Below, in pieces: positions 1 to 9,698 of a DNA stretch of 36,298 nucleotides (position 1 is its first letter; every line of letters begins with the position of its first letter). Source of the DNA: Lachnospiraceae bacterium (GTDB lineage Bacteria; Bacillota_I; Bacilli_A; RFN20; CAG-826); assembly GCA_963643725.1 (NCBI GenBank), contig CAVILR010000006.1, positions 1 to 36,298 on the forward strand, given 5' to 3'. Position numbers and translations under genes: made by a program. The notes under the pieces are model-generated. The model searched no databases and was not told the DNA's origin. It saw only the letters and a program-made list of their open reading frames with translations.

Positions 1-1016
<1,016 letters not shown>

Positions 1017-1137
1017 TTTCATAAAATTTTAAGATTTACGAATCGAGAATAAGTAAAATAATAGGGTATGTAATATAACTTGGAATATGTTAAGGATAAT
1101 ATCTAGTTTCTAGAGAATAATCTTCTCTAAAGAAAAA

Positions 1138-1250
1138 GTCTGGTGGTGATGGCGCGGTGGACACACCTGTTCCCATCCCGAACACAGAAGTTAAGCACCG
1201 TAGTGGCGAAGGTATCCGACTTGTCGGGGAGAATAGCGAGCTGCTGGGCT
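1138..1250 (+). rRNA. rrf: 5S rRNA
   Basis: The conserved 5S core CCTGTTCCCATCCCGAACACAGAAGTTAAGC lies at 1166-1196. Length is ~112 nt, and it sits ~120 nt downstream of the 23S end. It is flanked by a perfectly complementary 10-mer pair (AAAGAAAAAG at 1129-1138 and CTTTTTCTTT at 1249-1258). Ends are good to a few nt. Confidence 0.92.
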
Positions 1251-1384
1251 TTTTCTTTTATGGGCATATTTTTTGACTCTTTATAGTCATCTCTATTAGT
1301 CTAAATTTAAATACAATATCGATTTAATCGAATGATTTTTTCTTTTTCTTACTTAGTGATATGAGGGGTTAACGCTAAATGGCG

Positions 1385-1413
1385 TTGATATATATATGTA
1401 TATATATTAGAAT
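1385..1413 (+). promoter_or_regulatory. Candidate sigma-A promoter for the first lipoprotein gene
   Basis: TTGATA (1385-1390), a 17-nt spacer, then TAGAAT (1408-1413). A perfect palindrome GTGTTAACAC (1418-1427) sits at the predicted +1. Confidence 0.45.
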
Positions 1414-1455
1414 TAGCGTGTTAACACATATTAGATTTACTAAGAAAGGAAAAAC

Positions 1456-2136
1456 ATGAAAAAAACTATATTCTTATTAGCTTCAGCCGCCTTACTCTTA
1501 AGCGGTTGTAATGGCGAAACATCTTCATCTTCAACTACTGGAGAAGAATCTTCTACAACTACTAGCACAGTTGTGCAAATCACCTCAGAGATATGGGATG
1601 CTCAGTTTAACGAAGTTGCCAAGAATTTTACATCAAAACAATTCGAAGATGGCAAGAACACTTCTATTTTTAGGTTTAATTCCACGGGATTACATAGAAC
1701 TGAATTTACTTATAATAGCGATGGAAATATATCGTCTACTGATGAAATGTATCTTGAATATGATGGCGATACAATATACGAATATGATCAAGATCCAACA
1801 ACCGGTAAATTTACAAAAGAGGACGCTACTGCGGATGCCTATAATTTTGATTACTATGTTCTCTATTTTAAGTACCTATTTACATTTGTTGGTAGATTCT
1901 CTGATTTTAGTTTTGATGAGACGAAAAACGGTTATTTTGCCTCTTCAACAAGGACATCAGATGTTGTAGTCAATGACAATATTCAAAAAGGTGCAACCGT
2001 TAATGATGTATTAGTTTGTTTTAATGGAGAAAAGATTAATACTATTGCTTTATCTATGAAAGATGGCGATGATATAGATACATTCACAGTCGAAGAAATT
2101 GGCTCAACCTCGTTTACATTTCCAACTGTTGAATAA
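1456..2136 (+). CDS. Putative lipoprotein of unknown function
   Basis: Signal peptide with lipobox: MKKTIFLLASAALLLSG|C. A Ser/Thr-rich linker follows the Cys. The SD-like AAAGGAA lies upstream, and a terminator lies downstream. Confidence 0.85.
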   Translation: MKKTIFLLASAALLLSGCNGETSSSSTTGEESSTTTSTVVQITSEIWDAQFNEVAKNFTSKQFEDGKNTSIFRFNSTGLHRTEFTYNSDGNISSTDEMYLEYDGDTIYEYDQDPTTGKFTKEDATADAYNFDYYVLYFKYLFTFVGRFSDFSFDETKNGYFASSTRTSDVVVNDNIQKGATVNDVLVCFNGEKINTIALSMKDGDDIDTFTVEEIGSTSFTFPTVE

Positions 2137-2154
2137 TTATTATTTACTATAAAG

Positions 2155-2185
2155 GGCTATCTACGAACACTAGATAGTCTTTTTT
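2155..2185 (+). terminator. Rho-independent terminator
   Basis: A 9-bp stem pairs GGCTATCTA (2155-2163) with TAGATAGTC (2171-2179), including one G-U. The loop is 7 nt, followed by a T6 run at 2180-2185. Confidence 0.75.
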
Positions 2186-2201
2186 AATGCTATGAAAAAA
2201 A

Positions 2202-2209
2202 TGTATAAT
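2202..2209 (+). promoter_or_regulatory. Extended -10 element (TGTATAAT) 6 nt upstream of ATG 2216
   Basis: TGTATAAT is read directly. It lies between the upstream terminator and the lipoprotein signal peptide, and downstream of the ORF-track ATG at 2192. Confidence 0.4.
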
Positions 2210-2215
2210 TATCTT

Positions 2216-2728
2216 ATGAAAAAGATAAGCTTATTCCTTATTGGCGCTTCGATATTACTCTCCTCTTGCTCTGGTGAGGTCGATCCTTTTGATAAGCAAG
2301 TTGTGGAAGAGGTAGCCTCTTCGGCGGCGATTGCTCTAGTTAGTCGCGGGAGAAGTGGCGTAACGGTTATGTATAATACGACAAACACTGATAACGTTAT
2401 TTATAAACCTTATTTCCCTTCTAGAGAAAGTAAACAGGAGCCAATATTCTCAACTACATTATTGTTATCAACTTGGTTTAAGCTTGAACGCGATGAAGAT
2501 ATAATCGCGGATATCGAATGGAGCTTTGACAAAAATGAATACGTTTCTATCGTTGCCCCGATAAGCGAGAAAATACCTCAACAAACCGTCAATTTTAATT
2601 TTGATTTATTTCCTAAATATAATGAGACGATTCCATTAACGATGATAGCAAACATCAAATATAAAACCGCATCGAAAGAAGTTGTATATTCACTTCTTTT
2701 AGCCAATGTAGATCCTAGCGATGTATAA
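2216..2728 (+). CDS. Putative lipoprotein of unknown function (ORF track starts at 2192)
   Basis: Signal peptide with lipobox: MKKISLFLIGASILLSS|C. I chose the start at 2216 because the only promoter-like element after the terminator (TGTATAAT, 2202-2209) lies downstream of ATG 2192. The 2192 start remains possible. Confidence 0.8.
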   Translation: MKKISLFLIGASILLSSCSGEVDPFDKQVVEEVASSAAIALVSRGRSGVTVMYNTTNTDNVIYKPYFPSRESKQEPIFSTTLLLSTWFKLERDEDIIADIEWSFDKNEYVSIVAPISEKIPQQTVNFNFDLFPKYNETIPLTMIANIKYKTASKEVVYSLLLANVDPSDV

Positions 2729-3926
2729 AAAACAATTTATATTCTTAAAATCTCTTGTTTCTTCTAAGAATGAAAAAGTCGCGAAAGAAACAGAAGATTT
2801 TTTAAATGAATTACGTTATAGATCAATTCCTTTTAAAGGCAATATCTTCTTTATTGAAACAGGTGGAAGCGAAGAGATATTTCTTCATATCTATCAAAAT
2901 TATGAGCCACCTTACCATATTATTGCGACGAATATGAATAATTCTCTCCCCAGCGCCTTAGAAATTGTTTCTTTTTTAAAAGAGAAAAATATTCCTTGTT
3001 TTCTTTATCAAGGAAAACCAAATGAGGTTAGAGATGCTTTGCTTAATCAAAAAGATAATGATTCATCAAAGACTTATCCATTGAAAAAGAAGATTAAATT
3101 ATTATTTGGTAAGCGCATCGGAGTAGTGGGTAAGCCATCCGATTGGCTTATCGCAAGTGAAGTAAATTATAAAAGAGTCAAAGATGTATTCAATGTATCT
3201 ATCATCGATATTCCCTTTAGTGATTTGCTCGAAGGAATTAGTGAAGCTTCCATCGATGATATAGGCGAATTTAAGGAAAAGCTTAATTCAATAATCGATG
3301 AAGAAGAGATGATTAAAGCTTTGAAGATTTATAAGGCGTTAAAGGAAATAATTAGCAAATATAAATTAGATGCATTAACTGTTCGTTGCTTTGATTTACT
3401 TAATAGAGTTCATTCAACAGGTTGCATCGCCCTAGCTTTATTAAATAGTGAAGGAATTCCTTCTTCTTGTGAAGGTGATGTCCCTTCACTATTATCGATG
3501 ATGATTATTAAACAATTATTTAATAAACCATCATTTCAATGCAATCCAAGTTATTTTAATAGGAATGATAATACCGCTTATTTAGCGCATTGCACTCTCC
3601 CATTAGATATGTGTAACGACTATAGCCTCGACACTCACTTTGAAAGCGGCATCGGCGTTGGCATCCATGGCGAGCTAAAAGAGGGCAATATTACAATATT
3701 TAAAATCAACGCTAAGATGGATAAATTCGTGGTTTATGCTGGTGAAATTGTTAAAAACATGTATAAAACTAATCTATGTAGAACACAAATAAAAGTGTAT
3801 CTAAAAGATGGTGTAGCTAACCTAATATCTTCTCCATTAGGCAATCATCTGCTCGTCGTATATGGCGATAGGAAGGACGAGATTTTAAAGGCGTTAGTAA
3901 GCAAAATGTTATCAAGTAAGAACTGA
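2721..3926 (+). CDS. L-fucose/L-arabinose isomerase-like protein (sugar isomerase superfamily); function uncertain
   Basis: The 401-aa ORF has its ATG overlapping the stop of the preceding lipoprotein gene by 8 nt. The segment STGCIALALLNSEGIPSSCEGDVPSLLSMMI resembles the metal-binding (A/C)EGD motif of the FucI/AraA-like family, as I recall it. This is not verified by search. Confidence 0.4.
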   Translation: MYKKQFIFLKSLVSSKNEKVAKETEDFLNELRYRSIPFKGNIFFIETGGSEEIFLHIYQNYEPPYHIIATNMNNSLPSALEIVSFLKEKNIPCFLYQGKPNEVRDALLNQKDNDSSKTYPLKKKIKLLFGKRIGVVGKPSDWLIASEVNYKRVKDVFNVSIIDIPFSDLLEGISEASIDDIGEFKEKLNSIIDEEEMIKALKIYKALKEIISKYKLDALTVRCFDLLNRVHSTGCIALALLNSEGIPSSCEGDVPSLLSMMIIKQLFNKPSFQCNPSYFNRNDNTAYLAHCTLPLDMCNDYSLDTHFESGIGVGIHGELKEGNITIFKINAKMDKFVVYAGEIVKNMYKTNLCRTQIKVYLKDGVANLISSPLGNHLLVVYGDRKDEILKALVSKMLSSKN

Positions 3927-3964
3927 TTTATTCGTTTGTTCCTTATTGCTTAATTTTTGCATAA

Positions 3965-3993
3965 TTGCTATTAAAAAATCTTTATGCTATATT
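3965..3993 (+). promoter_or_regulatory. Candidate sigma-A promoter for the yloU-yloV(-recG) unit
   Basis: TTGCTA (3965-3970), a 17-nt spacer ending in TGC (extended -10 TG), then TATATT (3988-3993). A 7-bp hairpin (TAGATAA at 4000-4006, TTATCTA at 4012-4018) follows in the leader. Confidence 0.5.
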
Positions 3994-4029
3994 TAGCCGT
4001 AGATAATTTACTTATCTATCAATTTATTT

Positions 4030-4389
4030 ATGCCAATTAAAAAGAAAACTAAATACGGTGCTATAGACATTTCTAATGAAGCCATCGCCTCAACAGTCGC
4101 AGATGCGATTACGAGTTGTTATGGGGTTGTTGGAATTGCTAAAAAAAGTTCCACTCATGAAGCGATTATTGAACTATTAAAGAATGGTTCATTTTCAGAA
4201 GGTGTCTTCGTCAGTCAAGATAAAAGAACTGTCAGCATCGATTTATATATCGTCATCGCTTTTGATGTGAAGATTACTGAAGTGCTCTTCGAAGTCCAAA
4301 AGCGCGTCAAATATATCGTGAAGAAGACGTTTAACATCGACGTTAAATATGTTAATGTCTACGCGACAAGCTTAAAGAAGGTTAATTAA
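4030..4389 (+). CDS. Asp23/Gls24-family protein (YloU-like)
   Basis: The 119-aa product has an N-terminus (G.IDISNEAIASTVADAITSCYGVVG) typical of Asp23/DUF322. It lies immediately upstream of a DAK2-domain gene, as in the Bacillus yloU-yloV pair. Confidence 0.85.
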   Translation: MPIKKKTKYGAIDISNEAIASTVADAITSCYGVVGIAKKSSTHEAIIELLKNGSFSEGVFVSQDKRTVSIDLYIVIAFDVKITEVLFEVQKRVKYIVKKTFNIDVKYVNVYATSLKKVN

Positions 4390-4391
4390 CA

Positions 4392-6002
4392 ATGCGTTCA
4401 ATTGATGGTCAAATATTAAAATCTATGCTCATCTCCGGGAGCAACAATTTATACAATCATTATCCCGAGATCGATGCTTTAAATGTTTTCCCGGTTCCTG
4501 ATGGGGATACGGGAATGAATATGAATCTTACCCTCACCAGCGGAGCGAAAGAGATTCAAAATCGTAATGACGACGATGTCTATACGATTGCCAATTTATT
4601 TTCTCGCGGACTATTGATGGGGGCTAGAGGCAATTCTGGCGTCATTACTAGTCAAATATTTCGAGGTTTTGCCTCTTCGCTAAAAGATAAAAAGAATATT
4701 TCAATTAATGATTTAGCGGATGCTTTTTCTAATGGTTCAAAAGTGGCTTATAAGGCCGTTATGCGACCAGTTGAAGGAACAATTCTTACGGTTATTCGCG
4801 AATCTAGCGAAGCGCTTAATGGAGCGATAAATGGTTTTTCATCGATTGAAAAAGCGATGGAATATCTTTTAAAGGAAGCTAACGCTTCCCTTGAAAGAAC
4901 TCCTGAATTATTGCCGGTTTTAAAAGAAGTTGGTGTCGTCGATAGCGGTGGCGCGGGGCTCGTTAAAATCTTTGAAGGCATGCTAAGTGCCTTAAAAGGT
5001 AAATTCATTGATAAAAAGCTCGCCACATCAATCGATCAAAAAGAACCGACAGTAGGTGAAGGATATCTACTTACCTTTGATTTATTATTAGGTGGCTTAA
5101 ATGAGAAGAAATCATTTCTTGAATCTCGCTTTATCTCTTCCTTAAAAGGACATGGCCAAAATGTCGAGGTTAAGCGCGAGGATAAAATCGTTAAAGTATC
5201 GATCGTCACAGACGCTCCCGGAGCCGTCTTCACCTATGCGCAAAATTTTGGTGAATTCAATAATGTTAATGTAAAGAATTTAAAAGTTAATAACGATGAA
5301 GATAAAAAAGATGTTAACCCCGTCAAGGCGACCTTAGAAAAAGAAAGTGCGATGGTCGCTATCTCTAGCGGTAAAGGTATCGATGAATATTTTAAAAATT
5401 TAGGTGTCGATGAACTCGTCAGCGGCGGTCAAACGATGAACCCATCAACTGAAGACATCATCTCAGCGATTAGAAATACTAAGGCTAAAACTGTTTATGT
5501 ATTACCAAATAATTCCAATATTGTCATGGCCTCTTTCCAAGCTAGCGATGTTTTGCAGGATGAAATCGATGTTCGCGTTATCACCACAAAAACGATTCCT
5601 CAAGGAATAGTCGCCGCCTCAACATTTAATCCAGATGCTAACGTCGATGAAAACGTCAAATCGATGAAAGAATCCTATGAACATTTAAAATCTGGTTCAA
5701 TTACCTATGCGATTAAGGATACTGTCATTGATGGCTTTGAAGTTACTAAGGACTATTATATCGGCATCTATGACAAAAAAATTGTCGTTTGCTTAAAAAA
5801 CAAAGTGACTTCCTTATTAGAACTTCTCGATAAGATGGTCGATGAAGAGTCCTATTTAGTGACTATCTTTATCGGTGAGGACGTTACTCGTAGTGAAGAA
5901 GAGACGCTTAAAAATAAATTGACGGACAAATTCCCAGAACTTGAATTTGATATCGTTCGCGGCGATCAACCTGTCTATTCATTTCTCGTAGGAGTGGAAT
6001 AA
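4392..6002 (+). CDS. DAK2 domain-containing protein (YloV-like)
   Basis: It has the Dak phosphatase-type N-terminal domain (VPDGDTGMNMNLT, GARGNSGVI). At 536 aa it sits between the Asp23-like gene and recG, matching Bacillus synteny. Confidence 0.88.
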   Translation: MRSIDGQILKSMLISGSNNLYNHYPEIDALNVFPVPDGDTGMNMNLTLTSGAKEIQNRNDDDVYTIANLFSRGLLMGARGNSGVITSQIFRGFASSLKDKKNISINDLADAFSNGSKVAYKAVMRPVEGTILTVIRESSEALNGAINGFSSIEKAMEYLLKEANASLERTPELLPVLKEVGVVDSGGAGLVKIFEGMLSALKGKFIDKKLATSIDQKEPTVGEGYLLTFDLLLGGLNEKKSFLESRFISSLKGHGQNVEVKREDKIVKVSIVTDAPGAVFTYAQNFGEFNNVNVKNLKVNNDEDKKDVNPVKATLEKESAMVAISSGKGIDEYFKNLGVDELVSGGQTMNPSTEDIISAIRNTKAKTVYVLPNNSNIVMASFQASDVLQDEIDVRVITTKTIPQGIVAASTFNPDANVDENVKSMKESYEHLKSGSITYAIKDTVIDGFEVTKDYYIGIYDKKIVVCLKNKVTSLLELLDKMVDEESYLVTIFIGEDVTRSEEETLKNKLTDKFPELEFDIVRGDQPVYSFLVGVE

Positions 6003-6021
6003 GGCCATAAGGCCTTTTTTT
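6001..6021 (+). terminator. Short hairpin plus T7 tract abutting the recG start
   Basis: AAGGCC (6001-6006), loop ATAA, GGCCTT (6011-6016). The T run extends to 6021, and the recG ATG is at 6022. Confidence 0.5.
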
Positions 6022-8031
6022 ATGGATGTATTGTCAAAGTCAAAACGTATTGTCGAGGCTCTTAATAGTATAAAGATTTATACGCCTTTAGATGTTTTGC
6101 TTCATCTTCCATACCGTTATGAAGATTATTCATTGACTCGTGAGACTGATTTAGATAATAAAGAACATGTTGTCATTAAAGGGAAGATTACCTCCGACAT
6201 CAATGTGTCTCGTTTTAATAAAGTTAATTTAGTAAAATTTGATCTTTTATCTATCAATCATCACTTATTCGTTATCAATGCTTGGAATCGCGATTATCTT
6301 CGCTTTTCTTTTAAAAGAGGAGATGAGGTAACCCTTGCTGGCGTCTATGACAAGAATAAAAGGCTCATCAATTTGTCGAGTATCTTTAAGGGAGATGTGC
6401 CAGATAAAGATAAATTAAAACCAGTGTATTCTTTACCACAAGCCTTATCTAATTATGAATTTATCTCCTTGGTCAACCGTTCATTTAAATCTTTAGAAAA
6501 GACCGGTCTAAATGATGATTTACCTAAGATATTTAAGATTAAATATCGTTTATTACCAAAATTAGATTCCTTAAAGCTCATACATAAACCGACCAAAATT
6601 GAAGATGTCTATCAAGGATTAAGAATACTTAAATATGAAGAATGTCTTCATTTCACTTTGAAAAGTAAGATGATTCGCGAGGAAAATTCTAAGCTTGAAT
6701 ATTCCTCGAAAAAGATGATTGATTTAGATAAATCCCGTGAATTTATTAAGCAACTACCATATAAATTAACCCACGATCAAAAGATAGCGATTAGAGAAAT
6801 TATCTTTGACATGAACAAAAATAAGCTCATGTATCGCCTTCTTCAAGGAGATGTTGGGACAGGGAAGACCCTCGTCGCGATGGTTGCTCTTCACGCGAAT
6901 TATTTAAGGGGTTCACAAGGGGCGTTTATGGCTCCAACTGATGCTCTAGCTAAGCAGCATTATCATAATTTAGTGAAGCTATTTAAACCATTTAATATCA
7001 ATGTCGTTTTATTAAGTGGTAGTTCCTCAACAAAAGAAAGATCTGTGATTAGAAAAGCTCTTATTAATGGTGAGATTGATATCCTTGTTGGCACGCATAT
7101 CCTCTTTTCAAAAGATATTAATTATCTATCGTTAGGATTAGTTATTATCGATGAGCAACAAAAATTCGGCGTGAACCAAAGAATTCAATTATTAAACAAA
7201 GGTGATAATGCGGATTTATTATTGATGAGTGCGACCCCGATACCGAGGACTTTGGCGTTAAGTTTATACGGCGACATGGACGTGTCTTCGTTAAGTGAAT
7301 TCCCGTGTGAGAAGCGGGATATAGTAACAAAAATAATCAAGGAAAAAGATCCGGAATTATTATCATCGATCAATGATTCATTATCTAATAATAAACGCGT
7401 CTACATCGTCGCCCCGAAGATAATCGAAAACGATAATGAGACGGTAAGCGTTGAAGAGTTATATGCAAAATATTTGCTCCGTTACCCTGGAAAAGTCGCA
7501 CTTTTGCACGGAAATTTAGATGAAGATGAGAAGGATTTTGCTTTAAGTGACTTCATCAAAGGAGATTGCCCGATTTTAATTGCTACCTCCGTCATCGAAG
7601 TTGGCATCGATGTGAAAGATGCAAATTTAATGATTATCTATGACCCCAATCATTTTGGCCTTGCCAATCTTCATCAACTCCGTGGAAGAATTGGTCGCGA
7701 TGGCTCTAAGAGCAAATGCTTATTAGTCTATGATGACGATGATGAAGATACCTTGGATAAATTAAATGTATTAGTTCGTTCTAACGATGGATTTTATATT
7801 TCTGAAGAGGATTTGCGTCGTCGCGGCGCGGGTGAGTTAACTGGAGTTAAACAATCTGGTATCGCCAATTTCACCTATGTTAATTTAGTTAACGATATCA
7901 AGATTTTCCAAGCCGCCCAAGAGGACGCTAAATATGTCGTTGCTCACGCTAGAGAACCTGAATATTATAACTATCTTAAAAACATTAAATTAGAGATAGA
8001 AAACGAGAGGTTTCAAAAGTTACTTTCGTAA
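6022..8031 (+). CDS. recG: ATP-dependent DNA helicase RecG
   Basis: Walker A GDVGTGKT, motif II IIDEQQKFGV, SATPIPRT, and motif VI HQLRGRIGR. The product is 669 aa, and the gene follows yloU-yloV as in Bacillus. Confidence 0.95.
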   Translation: MDVLSKSKRIVEALNSIKIYTPLDVLLHLPYRYEDYSLTRETDLDNKEHVVIKGKITSDINVSRFNKVNLVKFDLLSINHHLFVINAWNRDYLRFSFKRGDEVTLAGVYDKNKRLINLSSIFKGDVPDKDKLKPVYSLPQALSNYEFISLVNRSFKSLEKTGLNDDLPKIFKIKYRLLPKLDSLKLIHKPTKIEDVYQGLRILKYEECLHFTLKSKMIREENSKLEYSSKKMIDLDKSREFIKQLPYKLTHDQKIAIREIIFDMNKNKLMYRLLQGDVGTGKTLVAMVALHANYLRGSQGAFMAPTDALAKQHYHNLVKLFKPFNINVVLLSGSSSTKERSVIRKALINGEIDILVGTHILFSKDINYLSLGLVIIDEQQKFGVNQRIQLLNKGDNADLLLMSATPIPRTLALSLYGDMDVSSLSEFPCEKRDIVTKIIKEKDPELLSSINDSLSNNKRVYIVAPKIIENDNETVSVEELYAKYLLRYPGKVALLHGNLDEDEKDFALSDFIKGDCPILIATSVIEVGIDVKDANLMIIYDPNHFGLANLHQLRGRIGRDGSKSKCLLVYDDDDEDTLDKLNVLVRSNDGFYISEEDLRRRGAGELTGVKQSGIANFTYVNLVNDIKIFQAAQEDAKYVVAHAREPEYYNYLKNIKLEIENERFQKLLS

Positions 8032-8140
8032 ACTATGTTAGCTAATTCTTTGATATAGCTTCTTCCTTTTAAAATAGGAATTAGATATATCGATTATATT
8101 TGAACGTTAATTATATAGTAACTTGAATTATATTTAGAAA

Positions 8141-8158
8141 TATAGCATTTATGCTATA
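8141..8158. promoter_or_regulatory. Palindrome TATAGCAT-TT-ATGCTATA upstream of the HTH gene (possible operator)
   Basis: It has perfect 8-bp arms. It ends 6 nt before a TATAAT (8164-8169) that precedes ATG 8182. Confidence 0.3.
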
Positions 8159-8181
8159 AATATTATAATGAGTAGGATAAT

Positions 8182-9420
8182 ATGGAGTTTAAAGATGAAT
8201 TAAAAAGATTTAGAAAAGAAAATAAAATTACGCAGGTCGAGCTTGCCAAGAAATTAGGTATTGATTTTACGACTGTAAATAGGTTTGAAAATGGCCATTT
8301 TAATCCAAGCTATGATGTTCTTAACAAATTTGAAACACTTAAAAACAAAGGCTGCGATAACACAATTAGGTTACCAACTTTGCCTACTGTAAGTGAAAGC
8401 GATGATGTTTTTACTGATATTTCGATTTTAATTGAAAAATCAGAAAATATTGCTTATCAATCTGTTAATATTCTTTTAATTCAAAGAAACTGGATGATAG
8501 GGAAAAGAATTCATGATGAAGAATTAAAAAAGAGTCGAAGTGAAAATTATGGATTGGAAATTATTAAAAATCTATCTATAAAATTGACTGGAAAATATGG
8601 CTCTGGTTTTAAAAGTAGAAATCTTTATAGCTTTGTTGACTTCTATAAAACATATCCAAACATTTTGCAAACACTGTCTGCAGAATCTTGCCTCTCGTGG
8701 TCTCACTATTTGGTTTTATTACAAATTGATGATAAAGACGCGAGAATTTGGTATGAAAACGAAACTAATAATGAAGCGTGGAGTGTTCGAACTCTACAAA
8801 GAAATGTGTCATCTCAATATTATTATCGTATCCTCAAATCCCAAAAAATAAATCTTGTAAAAAAAGCAATGCTATCAAAAACAAAAGAATTAGAGGATGA
8901 TAAGAAATTAGATTTCATAAAAAATCCTACCATTTTAGAATTTTTAAATCTTCCAGAAAACAATGATTATATCGAAAAAGATTTAGAAAACTGTTTAATA
9001 GAAAATTTAAAAAAATTCTTAATGGAATCAGGAAAAGGATATGCCTTTGTTGCTTCTTGAAAAAGAATCCACACTGAAAAAGAAGATTATTTTATAGATT
9101 TAGTATTTTACAACTATATTCTAAAATGCTTTGTTCTTGTTGATTTAAAGACAGGCAAATTAAATCACCAAGATGTTGGTCAAATGGATATGTATGTTCA
9201 AATGTATGACGAAACAGAAAAACAAGATACTGATAATCCTACAATTGGAATATTATTATGCTCTGATACTGATGAAGATGTTGCAAGATATTCTAATCTT
9301 CATATAAGTAATCAATTGGATGCTGCGAAGTATAAAACATATTTACCAAGCGAGGAGGAATTAAAAAGAGAAATTGAAAGGCAAAAAACTTTCTTTTATC
9401 TTCAACAAAAAAATAATTAA
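8182..9420 (+). pseudogene. XRE-HTH fused to YhcG/DUF1016 PD-(D/E)XK nuclease, interrupted by a single in-frame TGA (9058-9060)
   Basis: ORFs 8182-9060 and 9184-9420 are in the same frame. Translating straight through gives ..GKGYAFVAS*KRIHTEKEDYFIDLVFYNYILKCFVLVDLKTGKLNHQDVGQMDMYV.., a contiguous YhcG-type nuclease core (D..VDLK). The N-terminus ITQVELAKKLGIDFTTVNRFENG is an XRE-type HTH. Confidence 0.8.
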
Positions 9421-9698
9421 TGTCGCTATTATGCTATTCATATTATTTTGTAGTAAAAAAATTCACATTTAGAATAATCCTTATTCTTAACTTCCTCTCT
9501 GAACCTTTATGCTCACATAATAACGTTGAGAATTTGTTAGCATAATCAAACCAATATTTAACATGTTAAAGGTTAAGGAATAGAAATTGATAATTGGACT
9601 TTAGATTATGAGCACGTTGTTAATTGAAATAGGGAAAGATTATGTTAATTTTATTTCACTACGTGATAGAATAAGAAAGTTCATAGGAGATTTTAATC

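Noticed and set aside
1511-1969. A 152-aa plus-strand ORF overlapping lipoprotein 1 in another frame
   Set aside because: The overlapping frame carries a clear signal peptide with lipobox and an SD. This ORF has neither.
9058-9060. The in-frame TGA in the YhcG-like gene read as Trp (genetic code 4)
   Set aside because: TGA ends the 401-aa gene, ylxM, lepB, pyrH, cdsA and dxr at their expected C-termini. All four Trp codons elsewhere in this same gene are TGG. The organism therefore uses code 11, and a code-4 donor is not supported.
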